Assembly: GCA_964478365.1 (NCBI GenBank)
Contig: CAYZIJ010000001.1
Span: 133,267 to 197,266 of the forward strand
Reading direction: 5' to 3'
Origin: an uncultured Terricaulis sp.
GTDB taxonomy: Bacteria > Pseudomonadota > Alphaproteobacteria > Caulobacterales > Aquidulcibacteraceae
DNA length: 64,000 nt
Shown piece after piece: positions 18,399 to 27,740 of the stretch. Under the pieces are notes generated by a model that did no database searches, was not told the origin of the DNA, and saw only the letters and a program-made list of their open reading frames with translations. The translations under genes and the position numbers were made by a program. The number at the start of each line of letters is the position of its first letter. The first letter of the stretch is position 1.

Positions 18399-18611
18399 CC
18401 ACCCATTCCCGGGGCGCGGCGACGCGGCGAGCCCGGGCCTTCGCCCGCCAAAGCGCGAACGTCGCACAGAGGGTGATACATGCTTCGGCCCGCATAGGCG
18501 GGACCCATAAGCACGATTGACCGGCGATTGAGGCGGATTGCGCTCCAGTTTTTCAACTGCCGCGCATATGGGTCCCGGACTTGGCCTGACGGCCAATCCG
18601 GGAATGGGTGG
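18399..18611. repeat. Long composite REP-like element (CCCATTCCCGG family)
   Basis: CCACCCATTCCCGG...CCGGGAATGGGTGG ends with inner GGGACCCATA...TATGGGTCCC. Confidence 0.8.
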
Positions 18612-18643
18612 AGCTTGCCGACTCTCTCTAGTACATCGCCTTT

Positions 18644-19747
18644 ATGAAGGTCGCTGTCGTTGGCCTAGGCATTGTCGGCCTCAGCATCTGCGCGCGCTTG
18701 GCGCTCGCGGGGCACGAGGTGATGGGCTTCGACCAATTCGAGCCGATGCACACCGAAGGCTCCTCGCATGGCGACACGCGCATCATGCGGCTGACACCTG
18801 GCGAAGGCGAAACCTATGTCAGCCTCGCCCGCCGCGGCGCCGAGATGTGGCGCGCCTGGGAAGGTCTCGCCGGGCGGCCGCTGATCGATTGGACTGGCGG
18901 TCTGATGGCCGGCCCGCACGGCTCTCCCTTCGTCGACTCGTGCGTGCGGTTGAGCAAACGTCCCGCCGCCGCCATTCGTGGCGACGCCATTCATCCACTG
19001 ACACGCGGCGCGATCGCGCTCCCCTATGATTGGGACGCCTTCCGCCAAGAAGATTGCGGAGTCATCGCCGCCGACGCGACGCGCAGCTTTCTTCTGCGCC
19101 ACGTGCCCCGCTTCGGCGCCAAGCTCTTCCACGGTCGCAAAGTCGAAGCGCCGATCACGTCAACGACTTTGACCATTGATGGCTCATCGCGCGCGTTCGA
19201 TGCGGTGATTGTCGCTGCCGGCAGTTGGGCGGCGAAGCTGCTGCCGGAGTTTGCACCGCGCCTCACGGCGAAACGCCGCGTCGTCGGCTGGTTCAAGAGC
19301 GAAACGCCACGCGCACTGCCTGTGCTTTGCATCGACAATGAAGTTGGCGTTTTCGGCATGCCGGCGCCGCGCGGGCTCTATAAGCTCGGCCTACACGCCG
19401 TCGGCGAAACCACCGATCCCGACAACGTCCGCGAAGCTGAAGATGGTGATGCGGCGTTGCTCAGCAAATACGTCACGCAAATTCTGCCACAACACGATCC
19501 GGAGCCCGTGCGTCTCTCGCGGTGCCTCTACACCGTAACGCCAGATGAAAACTTCCTCATCACGCCAAGCGCCGCCAACGACCGCGTACTGCTTTTCTCC
19601 GCCTGCTCCGGTCACGGATTCAAATATGCGCCTGTCTTTGGCGAACTCGCAGAGGAATGGCTGAAGGGCGAGCCATCGCGCGAATTGAAAGCCTTCGGGC
19701 TCGACAGACGCGGCGATGTGAACCGCCTGGGCGCGGTCAAAAGTTAA
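18644..19747 (+). CDS. FAD-dependent oxidoreductase, sarcosine/N-methyltryptophan oxidase (SolA-like) family
   Basis: VVGLGIVG, GSSHGDTRIMR, CLYTVTPDENF, CSGHGFK. Confidence 0.9.
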   Translation: MKVAVVGLGIVGLSICARLALAGHEVMGFDQFEPMHTEGSSHGDTRIMRLTPGEGETYVSLARRGAEMWRAWEGLAGRPLIDWTGGLMAGPHGSPFVDSCVRLSKRPAAAIRGDAIHPLTRGAIALPYDWDAFRQEDCGVIAADATRSFLLRHVPRFGAKLFHGRKVEAPITSTTLTIDGSSRAFDAVIVAAGSWAAKLLPEFAPRLTAKRRVVGWFKSETPRALPVLCIDNEVGVFGMPAPRGLYKLGLHAVGETTDPDNVREAEDGDAALLSKYVTQILPQHDPEPVRLSRCLYTVTPDENFLITPSAANDRVLLFSACSGHGFKYAPVFGELAEEWLKGEPSRELKAFGLDRRGDVNRLGAVKS

Positions 19748-19824
19748 CGCCGGTAAACGCCCGCGCCACAATCCCGTCGCACCGGAGTCACGAACGTGTC
19801 GCGGAATCACGCGATACGAACCCC

Positions 19825-19995
19825 ATGAACGCAGAGCAATTCCTCGCCCTCGCCGACACGCTTCGTTCTTTCGCGCAGCATTCTGGCCGCGATCTAAACG
19901 CGTCCAATCTCTTCGTGCACGACATGCTCATGCGCGCGATCCAGCGCGAACCGGTTGAACTCGATCGCAACACGGATGAGCGCAAAGCCGCGTGA
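19825..19995 (+). CDS. 56-aa protein resembling ECF sigma region 2
   Basis: MNAEQFLALADTLRSFAQHSGRDLNASNLFVHDMLMRAI... fills the gap between convergent genes. Confidence 0.55.
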   Translation: MNAEQFLALADTLRSFAQHSGRDLNASNLFVHDMLMRAIQREPVELDRNTDERKAA

Positions 19996-19996
19996 G

Positions 19997-21850
19997 TTAG
20001 CTGGCTTCAACAATCGCGCCCACGCCCGGTCCCGCATCTGCGGCGACCGTGAATGCAGCAGCGCGCGCGACCTCGTACTGTGCCTCGACAATCGTGGACA
20101 CGGTGAAGAACTCCGCGAGCGCTTGAGCGGGCGTCAGCGTCAACACGATGTAGCCGTGCAAGATTGGATCATTCCATTTGATGTGCGGATTGCGGGCGAT
20201 CGTGCTGGCGGCGAAATCGATGCCGAACGGCTGGAAGAAACTTGCATCGCTAGGCGAAGTGATCGACGTCGCGCCGAACTCCACGGCGACACGCCCCTCA
20301 TCGTCATTGATCTCATTGGCCCACGCTGTGTGACTGTCGCCGGTGATGACGATCGTGTTACCACCCGCCGCGCGAATGTTTTGCAGCAAGCGCGCGCGTG
20401 ACGCGGGATAGCCATCCCAGGCGTCGGTGTTGAGCGGAAACGGAAAGCGCGTGAGCTTCAGAAGTTGCGTCACGCCAGGGCGCAAGCGCTCCAATGCTGC
20501 CGCCAATGCAGCAGGCGTGGCCGAAAGATCCGGTGCATCGACGCGCGACACCAAAGTCTGATTGCCGATGATCTGCCATGGCGTGTTCGACGCTTTCGAG
20601 CGCGACAATTCCTGCGCCAGCCATTGCTCCTGCGCTTCACCAAGCAGCTGACGATCCGGCGCGTTCAGCGCTTCGTTGATCGCCACAACATCCGGGGCCA
20701 GGAAAAACCCCGCCGGCAAATCGCGCGCTTGCTGCACCAAGCCTTGCGCACGCCGCCAATCCAGCACCGGGCGCAGCTCTTCCCCAACCTCTTCATAGAT
20801 CGCCGGCAGACGCTGCATTTGCGGGGTGTCAGCCTCATGCTCGCGCAACGCCACTGGCGCTTGCGGGTTGGCGAAATTCCATCGCTGCGTCTGGACCGGC
20901 AGATTGGTCGCGTAATCGAGCGGCTGCGTACGCGCGAGCAAACGCGATTCCAGCATGATCAGCGTGAAGAGATCGCCGAACTGGAAGCTGCGATTGATCG
21001 CTTCAAAAGCGCGGCCGGATTCCGGCTCGCGGATCGGCATCCACTCATAGTAAGCTTGGATCGCCGCTTGCTTGCGCGTCGCCCATTGGCCTTCGTCTTG
21101 ATCGTGATTTTCCGCGCCGTTGGTGAAAGAGTCGTTGGCCACTTCGTGATCGTCCCAAACGACGATCCAGGGCGCGACCGCGTGCGCCGCTTGCAGCTCT
21201 GCCTGACCCTTATACTGAGCATGGCGCGCGCGATAATCTTCAAGCCGCGTGCACTCCACTTCCGGCGACGGCACGCGACCCAATTGGATCGCGTTCTCGC
21301 CGCCATAACCGGAGAGACCGTATTCGTAGATGTAGTCGCCGAGATGGATGATCGCGGCGAGGTCGTCGCGCTCGGAGAGCGATTTGTAAGCGTTGAAGAA
21401 ACCGTGCGGATACGAGGCGCACGAGGCGACGCCAATTTTCAACTCTTCCGTGCGCCCACGCGGCAGCGTGCGCGTTTTGCCGACAGCACTTGCCGCCGTG
21501 CCCGCGCGGAAGCCGTAGAAGTATGGCGCGCCCGCGCGAAGGCCGGTGACGTCCACCTTCACCGTATAGTCGCGCGCTTCATTGGTTTCGAAAACGCCGG
21601 TCTTCACAACGTCGGTGAGTTCACGATTGCGCGACACGATCCAACGCACCGGCACCGCGCCCGAATTCACCGGCGACACGCGCGTCCAGATGATGACGCG
21701 ATCCTGCTTCGGATCGCCCGAGGCGACGCCATGCACAAAGCCAACTTCGCCTTCATAGGCGGGCGTTTCGACATTCTGCACACCGCACGCGGCAACCGCG
21801 CCCGTCGTCGCCAGCAGCGCGCCGCGGCGCGTCCATCCCCGTTTCGTCAT
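19997..21850 (-). CDS. phoD: Alkaline phosphatase D, Tat-exported
   Basis: WTRRGALL signal, FVHGVASGDP, IHLGDYIYEY, VWDDHEVAND, DAWDGY, TGDSHTAW. Confidence 0.95.
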   Translation of the reverse strand: MTKRGWTRRGALLATTGAVAACGVQNVETPAYEGEVGFVHGVASGDPKQDRVIIWTRVSPVNSGAVPVRWIVSRNRELTDVVKTGVFETNEARDYTVKVDVTGLRAGAPYFYGFRAGTAASAVGKTRTLPRGRTEELKIGVASCASYPHGFFNAYKSLSERDDLAAIIHLGDYIYEYGLSGYGGENAIQLGRVPSPEVECTRLEDYRARHAQYKGQAELQAAHAVAPWIVVWDDHEVANDSFTNGAENHDQDEGQWATRKQAAIQAYYEWMPIREPESGRAFEAINRSFQFGDLFTLIMLESRLLARTQPLDYATNLPVQTQRWNFANPQAPVALREHEADTPQMQRLPAIYEEVGEELRPVLDWRRAQGLVQQARDLPAGFFLAPDVVAINEALNAPDRQLLGEAQEQWLAQELSRSKASNTPWQIIGNQTLVSRVDAPDLSATPAALAAALERLRPGVTQLLKLTRFPFPLNTDAWDGYPASRARLLQNIRAAGGNTIVITGDSHTAWANEINDDEGRVAVEFGATSITSPSDASFFQPFGIDFAASTIARNPHIKWNDPILHGYIVLTLTPAQALAEFFTVSTIVEAQYEVARAAAFTVAADAGPGVGAIVEAS

Positions 21851-21909
21851 GCGTCGTCCTCCGGGGAGGGTTAGAGCGCAAATTTCCGGACGCCGCAAAT
21901 GCCGCGCGA

Positions 21910-22938
21910 CTAGCGCCGCGCCTGCACCCGAATTCTCACGGGTTGGTGGTCCGTGTACTCGAACCCTAGGTCGTAACCGTTCACCTCAAGCACCTCGACG
22001 TTTGGCGACACGATGTAGCCGTCGATGGTGGTGACGTAATTCTCCCCGGCCACGTAAGGCTTGTGATTTGTACGCACGCTCGGGATCGAGGCGTCCGCCG
22101 CAATGCGCCAGCCCTCCGGCAGAGCGTCCTGTGGGAATGGGAAAAGCCAAAACAGGAAACGCTCATCGGTGGTGTGCGGAAAATCGGTCTCGGCGATCTG
22201 GAAATTCCAATCGCCCGCGATCACGACGCGCCGCCCGCTCGCATATTCCGCCTGCGCCCAAGCCATCAGTTCATGCAGCTGTCGCGTACGCACTGTCGCA
22301 TCTTCATCGAACGCCGCCAGGTGCACACTCGCAATCGTCCAGTTCGCATCGCCTGCGAGCCGCACGAACGGCGAGCCATAACGGCGGCGCACGCCGAAGA
22401 TACCGCTATCCTCCGCCGGCAAAGCAACCAACCCGGTCTCCGCCACAGCGGAGTTCGAATAAAGCGCCTGACCATGATCGAGCCGCAGCGGCCACGGCAT
22501 CAACCGCGTGCGAAAATCTGGATAGAATGTATTGTCGCGATCGCGCAGCGCATGCTCGACGCGGTCGCGCAGATTGATCCAGTAATTCACCGGCCCTGCA
22601 CGCGCGAGCTCCTGCATGACCACGATATCGGCATCGGCGCTACGCTGCGCCAAGAAGGCCTCGATGCCGGAGACATTCGTCCGCACCGCTTCGCGCGATG
22701 GCGGAAACATGTGCTCTCCGCCGTCGGCGACGAAATCACTACCGCGTCCCAATCCGCCATAGCCGACATTCCAGTCGAGCAGCTCAAGTGTGTCGCCAGC
22801 CACCTGCAGATCAGTCGCGGGCTCGCGCTCGATATCGGCGGCAGTCGAGGCGACCTGATGATTCACCGTCAAAAACGCCGCGACATAAATCGCGATCAGC
22901 GCGGCGATGACGGCAGTCGTGATGAGAAAGCGCTTCAT
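21910..22938 (-). CDS. Endonuclease/exonuclease/phosphatase family protein
   Basis: N-terminal anchor, LLDWNVGY, VMQE, SVHLAAFD, AGDWN, IDGYIVSPN, TDHQPV. Confidence 0.9.
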   Translation of the reverse strand: MKRFLITTAVIAALIAIYVAAFLTVNHQVASTAADIEREPATDLQVAGDTLELLDWNVGYGGLGRGSDFVADGGEHMFPPSREAVRTNVSGIEAFLAQRSADADIVVMQELARAGPVNYWINLRDRVEHALRDRDNTFYPDFRTRLMPWPLRLDHGQALYSNSAVAETGLVALPAEDSGIFGVRRRYGSPFVRLAGDANWTIASVHLAAFDEDATVRTRQLHELMAWAQAEYASGRRVVIAGDWNFQIAETDFPHTTDERFLFWLFPFPQDALPEGWRIAADASIPSVRTNHKPYVAGENYVTTIDGYIVSPNVEVLEVNGYDLGFEYTDHQPVRIRVQARR

Positions 22939-22974
22939 GCGGGCACTATCAACACGCGCGCGCGGCACACAAGT

Positions 22975-23079
22975 CGTCATCCCGGACGCGCGAAGCGCGA
23001 TCCGGGACCCCGGGGGCAACTCACTCGACGCTGGCCCCTGGGTCCCGGGTTCTCGCATTCTGCGAGCCCCGGGATGACG
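22975..23079. repeat. REP-like element, CGTCAT family
   Basis: CGTCATCCCGG...CCGGGATGACG. Confidence 0.85.
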
Positions 23080-23109
23080 AGGCGTGATTGGGCCGATAGA
23101 AGCGCCGCC

Positions 23110-24141
23110 GTGAGCGACGAAGAAGAACACCAAGCCCCCGGCGAAACCCGCTCCGCGGTTGCGCCAGCGGACGCTGGCGATCGCGTCGATGCCTGGCTGG
23201 CCAAGCTCTGGCCGGACATCTCGCGCTCGCGCGTGCAAGGCTTGATCGGCGCGGGCAAACTGAGCGTCGACGGCGCACCGGTGACGCACGCGAAGGACAA
23301 GCCTCGCGCCGGCGCCCGCTACGAAATCACGCTGCCGCCGCCCGAACCCGCCGCGCCGCAGCCGGAAACGCTGCCGATCAATGTCGTCTACGAAGACGCC
23401 GACCTCATCGTCATCGACAAAGCCTCCGGCATGGCGATGCACCCCGCGCCCGGCTCGATGCGCGGCACACTCGTCAACGCCCTGCTCGCCCATTGCGGCG
23501 ATAGCCTTTCCGGCATTGGCGGCGTCGCCCGGCCCGGCATCGTCCATCGCATCGACAAAGATACGACCGGGCTCGTCGTCGTCGCCAAGCACGACGTCGC
23601 GCACCAAGGGCTGGCGAAGCTTTTTGCAAAGCACGATCTTGAGCGCGTCTATTACGCCGTGACGCGCGGCGCGCCGAAGGATCGCAGCGCGCGCATCGAA
23701 AACGTGCTGGTGCGCTCCGGTGAGGATCGGCGCAAATATGTCGTCGCACGCAATCCCGATAGTGGATCGGGAAAGCGCGCCGTCACGGATTACTGGACCG
23801 TGGAGACATTCGGACAACAGGCTGGCGCTTCTATCGGCCGGCCCGCTGCGGCTCTTCTGGAGTGCCGCCTGCACACCGGCCGCACGCACCAAATCCGCGC
23901 GCACCTCACCAATCTCGGCGCGCCGCTCATCGGCGATCAGCTCTACGGCAAACAACGCGCCTTCAAAGCCGAAGGCGCTCACGCAGAGGAAGCCGCAGAA
24001 GCGGTCGCCGCCTTCCCGCGCCAAGCCCTGCATGCGGCGGTGCTCGGCTTCAAACATCCGGTCAGCGGCGAAGACCTCCGCTTCGAAAGCGCGCTGCCCG
24101 CAGACATTTCCGCGCTGCTCGACGTCCTGCGGCGCTTGTAG
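23110..24141 (+). CDS. rluD: 23S rRNA pseudouridine synthase (RluA/RluD family, with S4 domain)
   Basis: RVDAWLAKLWPDISRSRVQ, RPGIVHRIDKDTTG, LHTGRTHQIRAH, RQALHA. GTG start. Confidence 0.95.
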   Translation: MSDEEEHQAPGETRSAVAPADAGDRVDAWLAKLWPDISRSRVQGLIGAGKLSVDGAPVTHAKDKPRAGARYEITLPPPEPAAPQPETLPINVVYEDADLIVIDKASGMAMHPAPGSMRGTLVNALLAHCGDSLSGIGGVARPGIVHRIDKDTTGLVVVAKHDVAHQGLAKLFAKHDLERVYYAVTRGAPKDRSARIENVLVRSGEDRRKYVVARNPDSGSGKRAVTDYWTVETFGQQAGASIGRPAAALLECRLHTGRTHQIRAHLTNLGAPLIGDQLYGKQRAFKAEGAHAEEAAEAVAAFPRQALHAAVLGFKHPVSGEDLRFESALPADISALLDVLRRL

Positions 24142-24180
24142 CGCAAATTTCGCCGCATTTGGCGGCGACCGACGCTCCCC

Positions 24181-24819
24181 ATGGGCGAGGGGGATCAGAC
24201 TCATCTGCGTCGGCGCGCGCTGAGCATGGTGGCGAGCGCGCTCGTCGTCAGCATTGCGTGCGTCTTACTCGTTCTCTCATCGCGCACGACGATCTTCGAG
24301 AGCCTGGGTCCCAACGTCATCAACGTAGTAATCGCGCCAAATCCCGAACGGCGCGACCCGGATCGTCCGCAGCGTCAACCGCAACAGCGCCCCAACACAC
24401 CCTCAACGCCAACGACGCCAAACGCACCCGTGAGCGTCGATCAGCAACAGCTATCCAGCATGCTCGCCTGCTTCCGTCCCCGCGGCCGCCGCCCCGCAAA
24501 TTGCCCACGAGAACCGGCGCCCAATCCGGACGATCCGCGCGGTCAGTTGCCTGTCGGCGGCGATTTCTACGAGCCGCCAGAGCCTGACCTCGATCAGATC
24601 TACACGCAGGCCGAACGCGAGACGTTGGTGATGCCGAGTTGCGTCCGCGATGGCCCGCCGGGGGCCGGCGCGGGCGTCGCCGCGTGCGTGCCATTCGGCA
24701 CACGGCCTCCGCCACCTTCACGCTCCGCCGAACAAATTTGTAGGGACGCCAATATGGGCGGGCCGTGCGAGGCGCCGCCCTTCCGCGAAGAAGATGTGGT
24801 ACGCCGCCGCTCCAACTGA
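24181..24819 (+). CDS. Hypothetical Pro-rich membrane-anchored protein
   Basis: N-terminal hydrophobic segment then Pro/Gln-rich region with paired Cys. Confidence 0.6.
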   Translation: MGEGDQTHLRRRALSMVASALVVSIACVLLVLSSRTTIFESLGPNVINVVIAPNPERRDPDRPQRQPQQRPNTPSTPTTPNAPVSVDQQQLSSMLACFRPRGRRPANCPREPAPNPDDPRGQLPVGGDFYEPPEPDLDQIYTQAERETLVMPSCVRDGPPGAGAGVAACVPFGTRPPPPSRSAEQICRDANMGGPCEAPPFREEDVVRRRSN

Positions 24820-24913
24820 GTGGTTCCTGCGCGGAACATGTAAAACGCCTCTCCCGCGAATGTGCGGCGCGCACTAGTCTTCGATCGCTGTAGGTTTATC
24901 GGGCGATCCAATC

Positions 24914-25207
24914 ATGCCGAACGTTTTCGCAAACGCTGAGCGCGTGCTCGCGGCCGTGGTCGCGCTGGGCCTCTTCACGCTCAACGACGTGCACATGTTC
25001 CAGGGCTTGCCTCGCGTGGCCGACCCCGGCGACGGCCGCATTCACGCCCTCTCGCTGCAGCTCTGGGGCGCCAACGAACAGGTCTTCGTCAGCACTATAG
25101 ATTTGGGCCTGCGCTGGGGTCTGGCCGGCCTGACTGTGGCGGCGTGCGTGTGGGCGATCGCCGAGACGCTGCCGCTCGGCCGCAAGGCCGAAACACAAGA
25201 CCTATAG
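24914..25207 (+). CDS. Small hypothetical membrane protein
   Basis: Two hydrophobic segments. Fills the intergenic gap. Confidence 0.6.
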   Translation: MPNVFANAERVLAAVVALGLFTLNDVHMFQGLPRVADPGDGRIHALSLQLWGANEQVFVSTIDLGLRWGLAGLTVAACVWAIAETLPLGRKAETQDL

Positions 25208-25243
25208 GCCAATGCCAAGGCGTTCCGCCGGTGATTCTATAGG

Positions 25244-25288
25244 TTGAATTCGTTTCACTCCGCGAACAATATAGTTCTTGATTTGTTC
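25244..25288 (+). promoter_or_regulatory. sigma70-like promoter overlapped by an alphaproteobacterial LexA (SOS) box
   Basis: TTGAAT (25244) - 17 nt - CAATAT (25267). GTTC-ttgattt-GTTC at 25274-25288 fits the GTTC-N7-GTTC consensus. Confidence 0.65.
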
Positions 25289-25444
25289 TCGGCCTTGAGA
25301 TAGTCTCGGCTTGGTCAAATCGGGGCCCCTGCAAGGCCTTGAACGGCTCCCTATATAGAGGCTCACGGGCAACCGAAGCCGCCTCTCGGACGTAGTCCAT
25401 GCGAGGCCGGAAACGGCGCCGCCCTTGGAGGGGTTTAAAGCTAC

Positions 25445-26359
25445 ATGGCATCCACTGCGCTAACGCTCGCTCTGTCGCCTGAGCAAGGCTTGCAACGGTA
25501 TCTCTCGGAGATCCGTAAGTTTCCTATGCTCACGAAAGAAGACGAGTTCATGCTGGCCAAGCGCTGGCAGGAACACGGCGACACCGAGAGCGCCCATAAA
25601 CTCGTTACGTCACACCTGCGCCTCGTCGCGAAGATCGCGATGGGCTATCGCGGCTATGGCCTACCGATCGGAGAAGTGATCTCCGAAGGCAATGTCGGCC
25701 TCATGCAGGCTGTGAAGAAGTTCGATCCGGATAAGGGCTTCCGCCTCGCGACCTACGCGATGTGGTGGATCCGCGCCTCGATCCAGGAATACATCCTGCG
25801 TTCGTGGTCGCTCGTGAAAATGGGCACCACCGCCGCACAGAAGAAGCTCTTCTTCAACCTGCGCCGCATGAAAGGCGAGATGCAGGCGCTCGAAGAAGGC
25901 GATCTGCGCCCCGAACACGTCGCGTCCATCGCGCACAAACTCGCGGTGACCGAAGAGGAAGTCGTCTCCATGAACCGCCGTATGGGCGGTGGTGGCGATG
26001 CAAGCCTCAACGCGCCAATCGGTGGCGCCGGCGGCGAAGGCGACAGCGAATGGATGGACTGGCTGGCCGACGATAAAACCGAAGGCACCCAGGAAACGCG
26101 CCTGGCCGACAATCAGGAATTCAGCGAGCGCATGACGCTTCTCCAGGAAGCGATGAGCGAACTGAACGAGCGCGAGCGCCACATCATCCAAGAGCGCCGC
26201 TTGAAGGATGAACCGGCGACGCTGGAGGAGTTGTCCGTAACGTACAATGTCAGCCGCGAGCGCGTGCGTCAGATCGAAGTCCGCGCTTTCGAAAAGCTGC
26301 AAAAGGCGATGCGTAAGCAAGCCGCCTCGCGCGGCTTGATGGCGGACGCTGAAGCTTAA
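25445..26359 (+). CDS. rpoH: RNA polymerase sigma-32
   Basis: HLRLVAKIAMGYRGYG, RLATYAMWWIRA, RpoH box QKKLFFNLR. Confidence 0.98.
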   Translation: MASTALTLALSPEQGLQRYLSEIRKFPMLTKEDEFMLAKRWQEHGDTESAHKLVTSHLRLVAKIAMGYRGYGLPIGEVISEGNVGLMQAVKKFDPDKGFRLATYAMWWIRASIQEYILRSWSLVKMGTTAAQKKLFFNLRRMKGEMQALEEGDLRPEHVASIAHKLAVTEEEVVSMNRRMGGGGDASLNAPIGGAGGEGDSEWMDWLADDKTEGTQETRLADNQEFSERMTLLQEAMSELNERERHIIQERRLKDEPATLEELSVTYNVSRERVRQIEVRAFEKLQKAMRKQAASRGLMADAEA

Positions 26360-26380
26360 AGTTTGGTCTTGGGACCATCG

Positions 26381-26410
26381 AACGCCGGCGGAAACGCCGG
26401 CGTTCTCTTT
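26381..26410. terminator. Terminator between rpoH and ftsA
   Basis: AACGCCGGCG-GAAA-CGCCGGCGTT followed by CTCTTT. Confidence 0.8.
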
Positions 26411-26420
26411 TGCGCCGAAC

Positions 26421-27740
26421 TCAGAAGTTCACGCGCAGCCAATTCCACATGTCGTGGACGGCGTTCTTGACCATGGCGGCGGCTTGGCCGAGCGACGGCG
26501 CAAAGCCTTCGTCGACAATATCCAGCTCCGGTCCGTCCAAACGCGAGCGCAGCAAGCCTGCGCTGGTCGCGTAGGCCGGGCCGACATCGCTATGATCGAA
26601 ACCGCAGAGATCGAACGGACGGCCCAATCGCACAGGCATGCCGAGCGCCTCAATCGCCAGATCGCGCACGCCCGGAATGGTCGCGCCACCGCCAACCAGC
26701 ACCGCGCGTTGCGGACCGTCGGCGCCGGAGAGCCCAGCACGCGCAAGGCGATCGCGCACCATCAGCAACATTTCATAAAGCCGCGGCGTCATCGTATCGG
26801 AGATGGCGCCACGCAAAGCGGTCGATGCTTCCAAGCGTCCGTCCGCGCCAAGTCTTGGCGCCGCTACCGCTTCACGCGGATCGCACGCATTGCCGACAGC
26901 GCCAAAATGCAGCTTTACCCGCTCTGCCGCAGCGAATGTCGTTTGCAGCTTCGCCGCCAAGTCGCGCGTCAAGCGCACGCCGCCGACGGCCAGAGTCTCG
27001 CAATGCACCAAAGTGTCATCGACGTAAGCCGCGATGCCGGTCGTGCCCGCGCCCAAATCAATAAGCACGGCGCCTTCCTGGCGCTCTTCGTCAGTCAGCG
27101 CCGCCATCGCCGCAGCCTTCGGCGCAGCAATGATCTCTTCGACTTCAGCGCCGGCATGGCGCACGCAAGCCTTCAGCGCATTCAAAGCGTCGGTCGGCGC
27201 AGTCACCACGCACGCTTCAACCGCCAGCATCTTGCCGGCATGGCCGTGCGGATCGGCGATGTTCTCGCCATCATCGATCGAGTAAGCGAGCGGCTCGACG
27301 TGCATGAAGGTGAGCTGCGGTGTCGGGATGGCTTGCATCGCCGCGTTCAGCGCGTTCTCGACGTCGCGGCCAGTGATCACTTGGCCTTTCACGCGCACAG
27401 CGCCGCGCACGATCTGTGAGCTGATGCCGGGGCCGGCGTAAGACGCCACGACCCGAGAAATGGGCGCGCCCGCCATGGCGGCGGCCTCGGCCAAAGCAAC
27501 CTCGATTGCGCGCGCGCAGGCGTCGAAATCCGCAGGTTTGCCGCTGGCGATGGCGGGCGCGGTCTGGTGGCCTACGCCGAGTACGCGCAGCGGACGGTCC
27601 GGATGCATATCGAGCACCGGGTCGCGGCGGGCGGCGAGGCAAACTGTTTTGGAAACACCGACATCGAGCACCGCGACGAGCGGCGCCGGTACGGTCAGTT
27701 CGAGAACGTCATCGTCCTGATGCTTGGCGAGAGCAGCCAT
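26421..27740 (-). CDS. ftsA: Cell division protein FtsA
   Basis: LDVGVSKTVC, IDLGAGTT, AERVKLHFG, LVGGGA, amphipathic tail WNWLRVNF. Follows ftsQ. Confidence 0.9.
   Translation of the reverse strand: MAALAKHQDDDVLELTVPAPLVAVLDVGVSKTVCLAARRDPVLDMHPDRPLRVLGVGHQTAPAIASGKPADFDACARAIEVALAEAAAMAGAPISRVVASYAGPGISSQIVRGAVRVKGQVITGRDVENALNAAMQAIPTPQLTFMHVEPLAYSIDDGENIADPHGHAGKMLAVEACVVTAPTDALNALKACVRHAGAEVEEIIAAPKAAAMAALTDEERQEGAVLIDLGAGTTGIAAYVDDTLVHCETLAVGGVRLTRDLAAKLQTTFAAAERVKLHFGAVGNACDPREAVAAPRLGADGRLEASTALRGAISDTMTPRLYEMLLMVRDRLARAGLSGADGPQRAVLVGGGATIPGVRDLAIEALGMPVRLGRPFDLCGFDHSDVGPAYATSAGLLRSRLDGPELDIVDEGFAPSLGQAAAMVKNAVHDMWNWLRVNF

Noticed and set aside
21910-24204. 764-aa and 692-aa overlapping ORFs
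   Set aside because: These are read-through extensions across a REP. The real genes are EEP (start 22938) and rluD (start 23110).
25329-25356. sigma32 promoter of rpoH
   Set aside because: The -10 (CCCTATAT) is good, but the only correctly spaced -35 (CTGCAA) is weak. Mentioned only as supporting detail.
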